Shown in pieces: positions 40,291-50,255 of a stretch of 64,000 nucleotides of DNA (the first letter of the stretch is position 1; each line of letters starts with the position of its first letter). Source of the stretch: a bacterium (GTDB lineage Bacteria; CLD3; SB21); contig WBUR01000003.1 in the NCBI GenBank assembly GCA_008933615.1, positions 16,340-80,339 on the forward strand, read 5' to 3'. The notes beneath the pieces are model-generated. The model was not told the DNA's origin. It was given only the letters and a program-made list of their open reading frames with translations, and searched no databases. Made by a program: the position numbers and the translations under genes.

Positions 40291-41385
40291 ATGGAGTTTC
40301 AGTATTCACAATGGCGTGATGATTTTATAAAGAAGAACATGAAGTTTGAGGATATCCTCAAGCTGTTTAATCAATTGCTCATTCATACGGATGGCGATGT
40401 GAACGAGGCTTTGCATTGGCTGACGGAACTGGATAAGCAGTACAAATTGTTCTCGGATGAGTTTGGTTTCGATGATTTTCTGCAACGATTAAAGGACGAA
40501 GGTTATATCGAAGATCGGGCGGGGGAAGCTCCGGTTTTAACGCCAAAGGGCGAGAAAAAAATTCGTCAGGACTCTCTGGACGAAATTTTTTCTTCTCTCA
40601 AAAAATCGCCGACGGGTATGCATGAAACAACACATACCGGGCAAGGTGTGGAACGTCTGAGCGAAACCAAGCCCTATCAATACGGCGATCCGCCATCGAA
40701 CATAGATTTTGTAGCAACCATCAGCAATGCGATGAAACACAGCGGCGAGGATGATATCGATTTACGCGAAGACGATTTTGAAGTATATGAAACGGAACAC
40801 ATGACGTCCTGCGCTACCGTTTTGGCTATTGACATCAGCCATAGCATGATCCTGTACGGCGAAGATCGAATCACGCCGGCCAAGAAAGTTGCAATGGCGC
40901 TGATAGAACTCATATTGACACGTTATCCCAAAGACAGTCTGGATGTGATCACGTTCGGCGACGAGGCCTCGGTTATTGATCTGGAAGATATTCCGTATAT
41001 TCAGGTCGGGCCGTTTCATACGAATACCAAAGAAGGGTTGCAACTCGCGCGGCAGTTATTGCGAAAACATCGTAATAAAAATAAACAGATTTTTATGATC
41101 ACGGACGGGAAACCGTCGTGCATACGCGAGGAAGGCGTTTTGTATAAGAACCCGTACGGCCTGGACCGGAAGATCATCAATCAGACTCTGCACGAAGCCG
41201 CCCAATGCCGCAAAGACGGCGTGGTCATTTCAACTTTTATGATCGCGGACGATCCCTATTTAACGCGATTTGTTGATACCCTAACCAAAACCAACAAAGG
41301 GCGGGCTTTTTATGCCGGCCTGAACGATCTGGGGCAGTATATATTCGTGGATTACATCAGGAATCGCAGGAAGAATTTAAGATAA
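40291..41385 (+). CDS. von Willebrand factor A (vWA) domain protein, CoxE-like
   Basis: MIDAS motif DISHSM with downstream T and D ligands. Helical N-terminal domain. 364 aa. Confidence 0.6.
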   Translation: MEFQYSQWRDDFIKKNMKFEDILKLFNQLLIHTDGDVNEALHWLTELDKQYKLFSDEFGFDDFLQRLKDEGYIEDRAGEAPVLTPKGEKKIRQDSLDEIFSSLKKSPTGMHETTHTGQGVERLSETKPYQYGDPPSNIDFVATISNAMKHSGEDDIDLREDDFEVYETEHMTSCATVLAIDISHSMILYGEDRITPAKKVAMALIELILTRYPKDSLDVITFGDEASVIDLEDIPYIQVGPFHTNTKEGLQLARQLLRKHRNKNKQIFMITDGKPSCIREEGVLYKNPYGLDRKIINQTLHEAAQCRKDGVVISTFMIADDPYLTRFVDTLTKTNKGRAFYAGLNDLGQYIFVDYIRNRRKNLR

Positions 41386-41546
41386 AACCTAACTGACCCA
41401 ATTGGGTTAGCTCTTACGCACAGCGCCATCCAACATTTTCTCCTCCTAAATTGTTGTAACTTTTTCACTCAATTTCGTATATTATCCGGTCTTGACCCGT
41501 CTGTTAGACTTGTCGTAAATTCACATTATAATTTTGAGAGGGAATC

Positions 41547-44500
41547 ATGAAAAGCTTATTACTCTTATTTCTTGGACTTATGTTTTTAAACACTCTGTAT
41601 TCACAGGAAGAAGCCCGTCTGCTGAGATTTCCTGCAACGAACGGCAGTTATATCGTATTTTCGTATGCCGGTGATTTGTATACGGTCGGCATCGACGGCG
41701 GTATTGCGCGAAAACTGACGAATCACGAAGGTTACGAAATGTTCCCGCGTTTTTCTCCGGACGGAGAATCATTGGCATTTACAGGCCAGTATGACGGTAA
41801 TACGGAAGTGTACCTCATGACGGCTGGCGGCGGCATTCCCAAACGCCTGACCGTCACCGCTACGCTGGGACGAGACGATGTATCGGATCGTATGGGCCCT
41901 AATAACTTGGTTATGACGTGGAAAAATAAAACTCCGGAAATCGTATTTCGTTCACGCATGACTTCCTACAACGATTTTATCGGACAATTGTACTCGGTAA
42001 ATGTCGACGCAAGTCCGGCAAGTGAATTACCGCTGCCGCGCGGAGGATTTTGTTCGTTTTCACCCGATGATAAAAAAATGGCCTACAATCGTGTATTCCG
42101 GGAATTCCGTACGTGGAAGCGCTACCGCGGCGGTATGGCGGACGATATCTGGATCTATGATTTTGAGACCAAAAAGATAGAAAATATTACGAACAACGAC
42201 GCGCAGGATATTATCCCCATGTGGGCGGGTAATAAAATATATTTCCTTTCCGACCGCGATGTGAATAAGAGGATGAATCTATATTCGTATGATCTGGGAA
42301 CGAAAGTAACTAAACAGCTCACAACCTTTACCGATTTCGACATCAAATTTCCCTCTCTCGGCAAAGGCGCCATTGTTTTCGAAAATGGCGGATTTATATT
42401 TCGCTTTGATCTGGCGAGTGAAAAAGCCGTGATAGTTCCTATTCAGGTCAAGGAAGATTTTACGACCGGGCGCGGCGGCCTGATCAATGTGAGCAGAAAC
42501 ATCAGCAATTATGAAATTTCTCCCGATGGCAAGCGCGCATTATTCGGCGCACGCGGCGATGTGTTCACAGTTCCGGCCAAAAACGGCATCACGCGGAACC
42601 TGACTCAAAGTTCCGGCGTGCATGAACGCAACTCCAAATGGTCGCCTGATGGAAAATGGATCGCATTTATTTCCGATCAATCGGGTGAAAATGAAATTTG
42701 GATAATGCCTCAAGACGGCAGCGCGAAACCTACACAGATCACCAAAGGAGCAGACACGTATTACTACTCAATTTACTGGTCGCCGGACAGTAAAAAAATT
42801 CTGTGGGGTGACAAAAAACTCCGCCTTCGTTTTGTGGACGTGAACACTAAGACGATCACGGAAGTTGAAAAAGCCTCCGCATGGGAAATTACACAATATG
42901 GGTGGTCGCCTGACAGTAAGTGGATCACGTACGGCAAACCGGAAGAAGAAGGCATGAATAAGATTTATGTTTATTCTCTGGACCAGAAAAAATCGTTCGA
43001 TGTGACGGACGGATGGTATGACGCCAATAGTCCGGCGTTCAGCAGTGACGGCAAATATTTACTCTTTGCATCCAGCCGGGATTTTAATCCAATTTATAGT
43101 CAGACGGAGTGGAACCACGCATATCAGGATATGGAGCGCGTGTATTTCGTGACTCTTTCGAAAGATACCGATTCGCCGTTTAAACTGAAGAACGATGAAG
43201 TGGAAATAAAAAAAGAGGAAACAAAGGCCGAATCCAAAGATGCCAAAAAAGATGAACCCTCAAAATCTGATAAAAAAGAAACGGTTGTGAAAGTGGATAT
43301 GGACGGAATTAAATCGCGCATCATAGGTTTGCCGATTTCATCCGCTAACTATTTTAATCTTGCCTGTGTCGATGACAAAGTCTACTACAATCGTAAGAGC
43401 AGTAAAGACGAAAAAAACATTTTCCTGATGTATGACCTTAAAGACCAAAAAGAAACAGAACTGGGTCAAATTGACGGATATGAGATATCTACAGATAACA
43501 AAAAAATGATCGTTTCACAAAGCGGCAGCCACGCCATCATCGACCTTCCCAAGGGAAAAATTGAAATAAAAGACAAACTAAACACCTCAGGCATGGAAAT
43601 GAAACTGGACCGTCACGCCGAATGGGTTCAGATCTATAATGAATGCTGGCGGCAAATGCGTGATTTCCTTTATGATCCGAATCTGCATGGCGTGGACTGG
43701 GAAGGAGTTCGCAACAAATATGCGCCGCTTGTGTCGTATGTAAATCATCGGAACGATTTGACGTACATCATTGGAGAGATGATAGGGGAGCTTAATATCG
43801 GCCACGCTTACGTCGGCGGCGGCGACCGCCCGCAGGCGAAACGAATTCCACTCGGTCTTCTGGGGGCTATGTTGGAAAGGGACCCTGGTACAAAATATTA
43901 TCGCATTACGAAAATTCTCAACGGACAGAATTGGGATAAGACAACCCGCTCGCCGTTTACCGAAGTTGGCGTCAACGTCAATGAAGGCGAATACGTTATT
44001 GCAGTTAACGGCCAGCCGACAAACCAGATGAATAATATTTACGAAGCGCTGGTGAATACCGCAGATAAACAAGTGATTTTAAAGGTTAATTCCAAGGCAA
44101 CGGATACGGGCGCGCGTGAAGTATCCATCACGCCGATCGGCGACGAATCAAATTTGTATTATTACAAATGGGTTCAGACCAATATCGACAAAGTTGCCAA
44201 AGCAACCGGCGGAAAGGTCGGATATATCCACGTTCCAAACATGGGTGTTGAAGGTTTGAATGAGTTTGTCAAACATTTTTATCCGCAGCTTCGCAAAAAA
44301 GCGCTCATCATTGACGTTCGCGGTAACGGCGGCGGCAATGTTTCCCCAATGCTGATCGAACGGCTGCGTCGAGAGCTTGTGATGGTCAGTTCCGCCAGAA
44401 ATCTGTCGATCACGCCTGACCCGAACGCGATGATTCTTGGTCCGATGGTCTGCCTGCTCAATGAGTTTTCGGCTTCTGACGGAGATTTGTTTCCGTATCG

Positions 44501-44813
44501 TTTTAAAAAAATGAAATTAGGCAAACTCATTGGGAAACGCAGTTGGGGCGGGGTTGTGGGTATCCGCGGCTCTCTTCCGCTGGCGGACGGCGGCTATTTG
44601 AATCGCCCGGAATTCTCTCGTTACGGAAGCGACGGCAAAGAGTGGATCATTGAAGGTTATGGCGTGGATCCGGATATTTATGTAGATAACGATCCCGCCA
44701 AGGAATACGCCGGTACGGATGAACAACTCAACAAGGCGATCGAGGTAATCCAGGATGAATTGAAACAGCATCCGCAGGAATTACCCAAAGCGCCGGACTA
44801 TCCGAAAAAATAA
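41547..44813 (+). CDS. tricorn protease homologue (S41-family, beta-propeller + PDZ + peptidase)
   Basis: 1088 aa. Signal peptide. Repeated WSPDGK propeller blades. Central PDZ. C-terminal S41 catalytic region (GPMVCLLNEFSASDGDLF; KRSWGGVVG). Confidence 0.8.
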   Translation: MKSLLLLFLGLMFLNTLYSQEEARLLRFPATNGSYIVFSYAGDLYTVGIDGGIARKLTNHEGYEMFPRFSPDGESLAFTGQYDGNTEVYLMTAGGGIPKRLTVTATLGRDDVSDRMGPNNLVMTWKNKTPEIVFRSRMTSYNDFIGQLYSVNVDASPASELPLPRGGFCSFSPDDKKMAYNRVFREFRTWKRYRGGMADDIWIYDFETKKIENITNNDAQDIIPMWAGNKIYFLSDRDVNKRMNLYSYDLGTKVTKQLTTFTDFDIKFPSLGKGAIVFENGGFIFRFDLASEKAVIVPIQVKEDFTTGRGGLINVSRNISNYEISPDGKRALFGARGDVFTVPAKNGITRNLTQSSGVHERNSKWSPDGKWIAFISDQSGENEIWIMPQDGSAKPTQITKGADTYYYSIYWSPDSKKILWGDKKLRLRFVDVNTKTITEVEKASAWEITQYGWSPDSKWITYGKPEEEGMNKIYVYSLDQKKSFDVTDGWYDANSPAFSSDGKYLLFASSRDFNPIYSQTEWNHAYQDMERVYFVTLSKDTDSPFKLKNDEVEIKKEETKAESKDAKKDEPSKSDKKETVVKVDMDGIKSRIIGLPISSANYFNLACVDDKVYYNRKSSKDEKNIFLMYDLKDQKETELGQIDGYEISTDNKKMIVSQSGSHAIIDLPKGKIEIKDKLNTSGMEMKLDRHAEWVQIYNECWRQMRDFLYDPNLHGVDWEGVRNKYAPLVSYVNHRNDLTYIIGEMIGELNIGHAYVGGGDRPQAKRIPLGLLGAMLERDPGTKYYRITKILNGQNWDKTTRSPFTEVGVNVNEGEYVIAVNGQPTNQMNNIYEALVNTADKQVILKVNSKATDTGAREVSITPIGDESNLYYYKWVQTNIDKVAKATGGKVGYIHVPNMGVEGLNEFVKHFYPQLRKKALIIDVRGNGGGNVSPMLIERLRRELVMVSSARNLSITPDPNAMILGPMVCLLNEFSASDGDLFPYRFKKMKLGKLIGKRSWGGVVGIRGSLPLADGGYLNRPEFSRYGSDGKEWIIEGYGVDPDIYVDNDPAKEYAGTDEQLNKAIEVIQDELKQHPQELPKAPDYPKK

Positions 44814-44955
44814 TTTTTTGCCAAGGCGTCAAGAATAGGTTGGAAAATTCATCTTTTTAATCTCCCGCAGATACCGCAAATTAACGCAGAAAACGTTCTG
44901 CGGGGATCGGCGAGGTCTGCGGGACAAAAATGCAAAGTAAAAACAGGAGACTGAC

Positions 44956-46611
44956 ATGAAGTATTTTATAATTGTTCTACTGATTGCCGTAGCCGGTTGT
45001 CAGAAGCCTAAGGAAAAACCGATGGAAGAGAAAAGCGAGCTTCAGAAGAAGATCGATGCGTATGCGAAAATTGAAATTAATGTAAAAATGGATCACCTCT
45101 CGCCTAGAGAAAAAGAATTGGTCAATACGCTGGTGAAAGCAGGCGAAATTGCCGATGAGATATTCTGGAAACAGACGGCCTATGACGCTGCCGCTGTCCG
45201 TGATATGCTGAAACCTAAAACGGATAAGGCTTCCAAAGAAGCTTTGGAATTTGTCATGATCAATTACGGGCCCTACGATCGGGAAGACCGCAAACGATTT
45301 ATTGGTGACGGCCCGCAAGGCCATCCGGAAGGCGCCGCTTTCTATCCCGCGGATATGACCAAAGAAGAATTTGAAAAATACATTAAGGCCAATCCAAAAG
45401 AAGAGAAAGAACTTACCGGCCTGTACACGGTCGTTGTGCGCGAAAACGGGAAGTTGAAAGCGGTTCCATATCATCAAATGTACAAAGCGGAACTTGAAGC
45501 CATGAGCGCGTTACTTCAGAAAGCATCGGACCTGGCTGACAACGAATCACTCAAAAAATACCTCGCGGCGCGCGCGCGGGCAATATTGACCGATGATTAT
45601 TATGAATCCGATGTGTTGTGGATGAAATTGAAGGACAATAATATAGACGTGGTCATCGGGCCCATCGAAAATTACGAAGATAACATGTTTAACTACAAAG
45701 CCGCATACGAAGCGGCTGTGATGATAAAAGATCCTGAAGGGACAAAAGAACTCCAGATCTTCCAGTCGCATCTCGACGCTCTTGAGCAGAATTTACCTCA
45801 GAAAAAAGAATATATCCGTTCCTCAGCCGGTAAAGCGAACGTGTTGGAAGTGGTGAATATCGCGTATTTCGGCGGTGATTTTCAGAAAGGCATAAAAACC
45901 ATCGCGGCCTCGCTTCCCAACGATCCGAAGGTTCATGATGAATACGGCGGGAAGAAACAGATGTACAAAAATTTGATGGAAGCGAAATTTGAGAAGATCG
46001 TCAAACCGATCGGCGAAAAAATAGTTGCGGAAGATTTTCGCAAATATATCGACCCGCATTCGTTCACCACGTTTGTAACGATGCATGAAGTTTCGCATAC
46101 CTTGGGCAGAAGTTATGTGTACGGAAACGATAAGCTGGACGTTCGCAAAGCGTTGACTGATTTGCATTCGGCTATCGAAGAAGCTAAAGCGGACGTATTG
46201 GGAATTTATAACATGGATTATTTCAAACGCCAGGGCATGTATGACGAGGAGGCAATGAAGCGTCATTACGTTACCTACCTCGTTGGATTATTCCGTTCCA
46301 TTCGATTTGGCGCCGAAGAAGCGCACGGGAAAGCAAATATTGCCCAGATGGTCTTTTTGAAGGAGCAAGGCGCCGTAGCAAGAGATGCGAACGGATATTG
46401 GACGATCAATTTTGAAAAGTTCCAGTCCGGCGTTGCCGCGCTGGGCAAAGTTCTTCTTGAAATCGAAGCGGAAGGCAATTACGAAGGCGCGAAAATTTTT
46501 CTCGAAAAATACGGAAAATTAACTGACGATATAAAAGCCGATCTTGCAAAGATGACCGATATTCCGCGCGATCTGAATACGACGTATGGGATCATGAAAA
46601 CAGTTCACTAA
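44956..46611 (+). CDS. Zn-dependent metallopeptidase-like lipoprotein (HExxH; possibly DPP III/M49-like)
   Basis: Lipobox IAVAGCQ. HEVSH followed about 30 aa later by EEAKAD, resembling the HExxxH...EExxAE arrangement of M49 peptidases. The family assignment is tentative. Confidence 0.45.
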   Translation: MKYFIIVLLIAVAGCQKPKEKPMEEKSELQKKIDAYAKIEINVKMDHLSPREKELVNTLVKAGEIADEIFWKQTAYDAAAVRDMLKPKTDKASKEALEFVMINYGPYDREDRKRFIGDGPQGHPEGAAFYPADMTKEEFEKYIKANPKEEKELTGLYTVVVRENGKLKAVPYHQMYKAELEAMSALLQKASDLADNESLKKYLAARARAILTDDYYESDVLWMKLKDNNIDVVIGPIENYEDNMFNYKAAYEAAVMIKDPEGTKELQIFQSHLDALEQNLPQKKEYIRSSAGKANVLEVVNIAYFGGDFQKGIKTIAASLPNDPKVHDEYGGKKQMYKNLMEAKFEKIVKPIGEKIVAEDFRKYIDPHSFTTFVTMHEVSHTLGRSYVYGNDKLDVRKALTDLHSAIEEAKADVLGIYNMDYFKRQGMYDEEAMKRHYVTYLVGLFRSIRFGAEEAHGKANIAQMVFLKEQGAVARDANGYWTINFEKFQSGVAALGKVLLEIEAEGNYEGAKIFLEKYGKLTDDIKADLAKMTDIPRDLNTTYGIMKTVH

Positions 46612-46653
46612 AAAACAGTATTTGTTACCGTCTGAGTTGTATTGTGAATATCA

Positions 46654-46685
46654 AAACCCGGTCCATTGCCGGGTTTTTGTTTTTT
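46654..46685 (+). terminator. rho-independent terminator
   Basis: AAACCCGG-TCCATTG-CCGGGTTT hairpin followed by TTGTTTTTT. It is 43 nt after the stop of the peptidase gene. Confidence 0.65.
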
Positions 46686-46791
46686 AACTCCGCTTACCGA
46701 TATAAAACCTCCATATACCGAAAAGCCAGGAACATTTTATACGAAAAGCGGTATCTTGCAATGGGTTTAAGAATTAATAATTGGAGGTTAT

Positions 46792-47157
46792 ATGAAAGAG
46801 TATTCATCGCATCATTTCAGGTCGCAAATATTGTTCGGCCTGCTTTTCATTGTTGCGGGTATCGCGCTTTTTTTGGATCGATCCGATCTCCTTGAAGTAG
46901 GTTCGATCTGGCGTTATTGGCCATTCCTAATAGTTCTTTTTGGTATCAATAAGTTGGTACAGTTTTCTAATCCTCGCATCATGCTGAAGGGTTTTTGGCT
47001 TGTTTTCGTCGGGTTATGGTTATATGTTTCGATCGAGCATGTTTGGGGATTGGAGTTCAGCGACACATGGCCCATGCTGGTCATTGCATGGGGGATTTCC
47101 CTCGTGGTAAAAAGTTTTTTAAAGGGCTCAGAAGAATATTGTTTTAAGGAGAATTAA
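46792..47157 (+). CDS. LiaF/PspC-type N-terminal transmembrane domain protein (short paralogue)
   Basis: Four TM helices resembling the N-terminal half of the following gene (GLLFIVAGIALFLD / WPFLIVLFGINKL). Confidence 0.45.
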   Translation: MKEYSSHHFRSQILFGLLFIVAGIALFLDRSDLLEVGSIWRYWPFLIVLFGINKLVQFSNPRIMLKGFWLVFVGLWLYVSIEHVWGLEFSDTWPMLVIAWGISLVVKSFLKGSEEYCFKEN

Positions 47158-47158
47158 T

Positions 47159-47866
47159 ATGGACAACCAAACGTTTCGTTTTTCGCCGCAATTGATGATC
47201 GGCGCCGCTATTATGATACTGGGCTTTTTATTTCTTTTCGATAATTTGAACGTGATTGATGCCGGCAGGATCATCCGCTTATGGCCTGTTCTTTTTATTT
47301 TGTTCGGAATTTTAAAAATCAGCCAATCACGAAACCCGTCAAGCTGGTTTGTAGGAGGCGTATTCATTTTCATCGGCTCCATTATGACCTTGGGCAGGCT
47401 TGGCATAATGCACTTTAGTTTGCACCAGTGGTGGCCTATATTTTTAATCATTGTGGGTATCAGTTTTTTATTAAAGGCTTGGACTCGTCATCAGCATGGC
47501 GCCGTTTTGGGAGCTAGCCGCATTATGAATCATGATGAGTCAACGGTTAACGTTGTTACGTTCATGGGAGGAAATCATATCAAAAATATATCTCAGGATT
47601 TTCGCGGCGGTGAAGTTACAGCCGTGATGGGCGGTGTGGAGATGGATCTCAGGCAGGCGTCAATGAGCGGCGAAGCCATACTCAATGTATTTACGTTTTG
47701 GGGCGGAATTGATATCAAAGTGCCGCCCGACTGGAACGTCATAATGAACGGCATCCCCATTCTTGGCGGAATTGACGATAAGACCGTCCAACCTGCGGAT
47801 TCGCAGAGTAAACGCTTTGTTATCAAAGGCTATGCGATCATGGGCGGCGTGGAGATAAAAAATTAG
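47159..47866 (+). CDS. LiaF-like cell-envelope stress protein (TM domain + DUF2154-like beta-rich C-terminus)
   Basis: N-terminal TM helices, then repeated GG.E/D.K pattern (FMGGNHIKN; VMGGVEMDL; TFWGGIDIKVP; AIMGGVEIKN). Start is 2 nt after the previous stop. Confidence 0.55.
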   Translation: MDNQTFRFSPQLMIGAAIMILGFLFLFDNLNVIDAGRIIRLWPVLFILFGILKISQSRNPSSWFVGGVFIFIGSIMTLGRLGIMHFSLHQWWPIFLIIVGISFLLKAWTRHQHGAVLGASRIMNHDESTVNVVTFMGGNHIKNISQDFRGGEVTAVMGGVEMDLRQASMSGEAILNVFTFWGGIDIKVPPDWNVIMNGIPILGGIDDKTVQPADSQSKRFVIKGYAIMGGVEIKN

Positions 47867-47915
47867 AATTATTTCTGTTTTTAACCCTGCGATTTGTTTG
47901 TAAAAACGATTTTAT

Positions 47916-48974
47916 ATGCATCCGATTCTTGCGCATAGAGAAAAACTGGGACTGTATCTTTTCGCATGGCTGATACTCGGATTATTAATAACTACACTGG
48001 CGGTTTTATCTGACCGTTTCGCGTGGATATTTGCTTTGCTGTTTTCGGTTCCTGTCACGTTGCTGTACGCCTTCGTTGGCCTGTCGGCATATTATTTATG
48101 CCGCGCGTTTCCGCTTGATCGGGGAAAATTATTCCAACTCATACTCGTGTTTGTTTTTGTATCGGTAGTTTCCAGCGCCATGTGGATTCTGCTTGCCAAA
48201 ACGTGGTATTGGGCGCTGAGCCAAATTACGCTCAATACGACACCAGTAGAGTTGTCCGATGCGTTGCTAACCATCTTGTTTGGAGTCGGTGTCGTTCTGT
48301 ATATTCTATCGGTGTCGGTACATTACCTTCTCATTGAATTTGAAAAGGGAAGCCACGCGGAACGTCGCGAATTTCAACTGCAATTGCTTGCCCAAGATGC
48401 GGAACTGAAAAGTCTGCGCGCTCAAATTGACCCCCATTTTTTATTTAACAGTCTAAACTCCATCTCTGCGCTTACGACCGTCGACCCTGTTATTGCGAGG
48501 CATATGACGCTGCTGTTGGCCGATTTTCTGAGAAAAAGCCTGGATTTAGGCTCGAAAGATAAGATCACATTAGCCGAGGAGATTGAATTAGGATCCAATT
48601 TTCTTGATATCGAAAAAACGCGTTTTGCGGAACGACTTCAAGTGACTTATGATTGCGATCCTGCATGCAACGCCTGCTTGGTTCCTCCTCTGATATTACA
48701 GCCGCTGATCGAAAATGCTATAAAACACGGCATTGCCAATCTGGTTCAGGGAGGCATGATCATAATTCAGACAAAACGGTTAGGTAGCCGAGTGAGAATT
48801 TCTATCGAGAATCCGGTCGATAAGGAACCGTCGAGAAAAGCGGGCGCTCATCTTGGTTTGGAGAATGTCAAAAAAAGATTAGTAACATCGTATGCCGAAG
48901 AAGCCCGATTAGACATTATATCAACTGAAACGCGGTTTAAAATAGAAATCTTTTTGGCTGCGGAGGAAAGATGA
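47916..48974 (+). CDS. sensor histidine kinase, LytS/YehU family
   Basis: Four or five N-terminal TM helices. His_kinase (PF06580-type) box LRAQIDPHFLFNSLNSISAL. HATPase_c motifs (LQPLIENAIKHG; GLENVKKRL). Confidence 0.8.
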   Translation: MHPILAHREKLGLYLFAWLILGLLITTLAVLSDRFAWIFALLFSVPVTLLYAFVGLSAYYLCRAFPLDRGKLFQLILVFVFVSVVSSAMWILLAKTWYWALSQITLNTTPVELSDALLTILFGVGVVLYILSVSVHYLLIEFEKGSHAERREFQLQLLAQDAELKSLRAQIDPHFLFNSLNSISALTTVDPVIARHMTLLLADFLRKSLDLGSKDKITLAEEIELGSNFLDIEKTRFAERLQVTYDCDPACNACLVPPLILQPLIENAIKHGIANLVQGGMIIIQTKRLGSRVRISIENPVDKEPSRKAGAHLGLENVKKRLVTSYAEEARLDIISTETRFKIEIFLAAEER

Positions 48975-49720
48975 CGAAGAAAAAGGCAATTCGAACCCTG
49001 ATCGTCGATGACGAATCTCTGTCACGGCGCATCGTACGGGAATACCTTGGACTGCATTCGGAGATCGAGATCGTCGGCGAATGTGCGAACGGATTTGACG
49101 CCGTAAAAGAGATCACGGAACAAAACCCCGATCTTGTATTTCTTGACATACAAATGCCGAAACTAAGCGGTTTTGAAGCGTTGGAACTTGTGGACAAAAA
49201 TGTATCGGTTGTTTTTGTAACGGCCTACGATCAATATGCACTGAAAGCCTTTGAAGTTCACGCCGTGGATTATCTTCTCAAGCCATTCAGCCAACAGCGT
49301 TTTGATGAAGCACTGGAACATGCGCTACGGGACATATCCGCGAAAAAGCATAAAAACTTTCACGCGATAGCCGCCGCCGCGCAGCCTAAAGACCGTATTC
49401 AGGAACGTGTGCTGGTGCGCGAAGGATCACAGGTGCACGTTCTGCCGGCGGAAACGATAGACTATGTAGAGGCGCAGGATGATTATATCAGGATTCAGGC
49501 AGGTGGAAAATCATTTCTAAAACAACAGCGTTTATCTGAATTGGAAGAAGCTTTGGATCATAAAAAATTCATTCGGATTCACCGTTCGTATATTCTGAAT
49601 ATCGAACGTATGGCGAAGATCGAGCTGTATGCGAAGGACAGCCGCGTGGTGATACTTAAGGACGGTACGAAATTGAATGTGAGCCGGGCGGGGTATGAGA
49701 AATTACGCGGATTGCTGTAA
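48971..49720 (+). CDS. LytTR-family two-component response regulator
   Basis: Receiver domain (LIVDDE...D58-like FLDIQMP...KPF). C-terminal LytTR DNA-binding domain (FIRIHRSYILNIERMAKIE). Overlaps the kinase gene by 4 nt. Confidence 0.85.
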   Translation: MTKKKAIRTLIVDDESLSRRIVREYLGLHSEIEIVGECANGFDAVKEITEQNPDLVFLDIQMPKLSGFEALELVDKNVSVVFVTAYDQYALKAFEVHAVDYLLKPFSQQRFDEALEHALRDISAKKHKNFHAIAAAAQPKDRIQERVLVREGSQVHVLPAETIDYVEAQDDYIRIQAGGKSFLKQQRLSELEEALDHKKFIRIHRSYILNIERMAKIELYAKDSRVVILKDGTKLNVSRAGYEKLRGLL

Positions 49721-50255
49721 TAAAACAAACGTATTCATGGGTGGCTCCGATATTGAGAAGAATGCCATCGACACAAAGATAGAGATAGTTTTCCTGCAAG
49801 GGCGCTTCTTTCCATGCTATGTTGTCGCCACTGGGCTTTGAAGCGAGTGATCATTGCCGCAGATGACGGATTGAGGTCTCCAAACACGGTGCTCTATACT
49901 ACGCAAAGATATAAGCGGCCAAGCCATACAGATACAGCTAGGCATAAACGCATCAATGGCTGGAGTTCGGAGTTGGTATATACCCAGTATTTAAGACGCA
50001 AGATCATCTATTTAGCGTCGGCCAAAACTAATCCGTTTGAGGTTTGAAGTCATAGATTGATTTGGATTTGTTTGACATACTTTTTCACTGACGACCTCTG
50101 TAAGTTTTGAGAAAATAGGTGCTTCTTACATTAATTTGCGGAGTCGCCGCATTTATTCATCCTTTTTTCTGTACACAGCTTCTAAAATTAACTCCATGCA
50201 AGAACAAGAAACGGACCTTATCGTATAAACGTCAGCTTAATCAAGTAAAGCATTT

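Noticed and set aside
41386-41420. Palindromic ACCCAATTGGGT hairpin after the vWA gene as a terminator
   Set aside because: The stem is short, two alternative pairings compete, and no T-run follows.
44956-46611. Confident assignment as dipeptidyl-peptidase III
   Set aside because: The HExxH plus EExxA(D/E) spacing is suggestive, but the protein is 551 aa and much shorter than eukaryotic DPP III. I left it as a generic HExxH metallopeptidase pending an HMM search.
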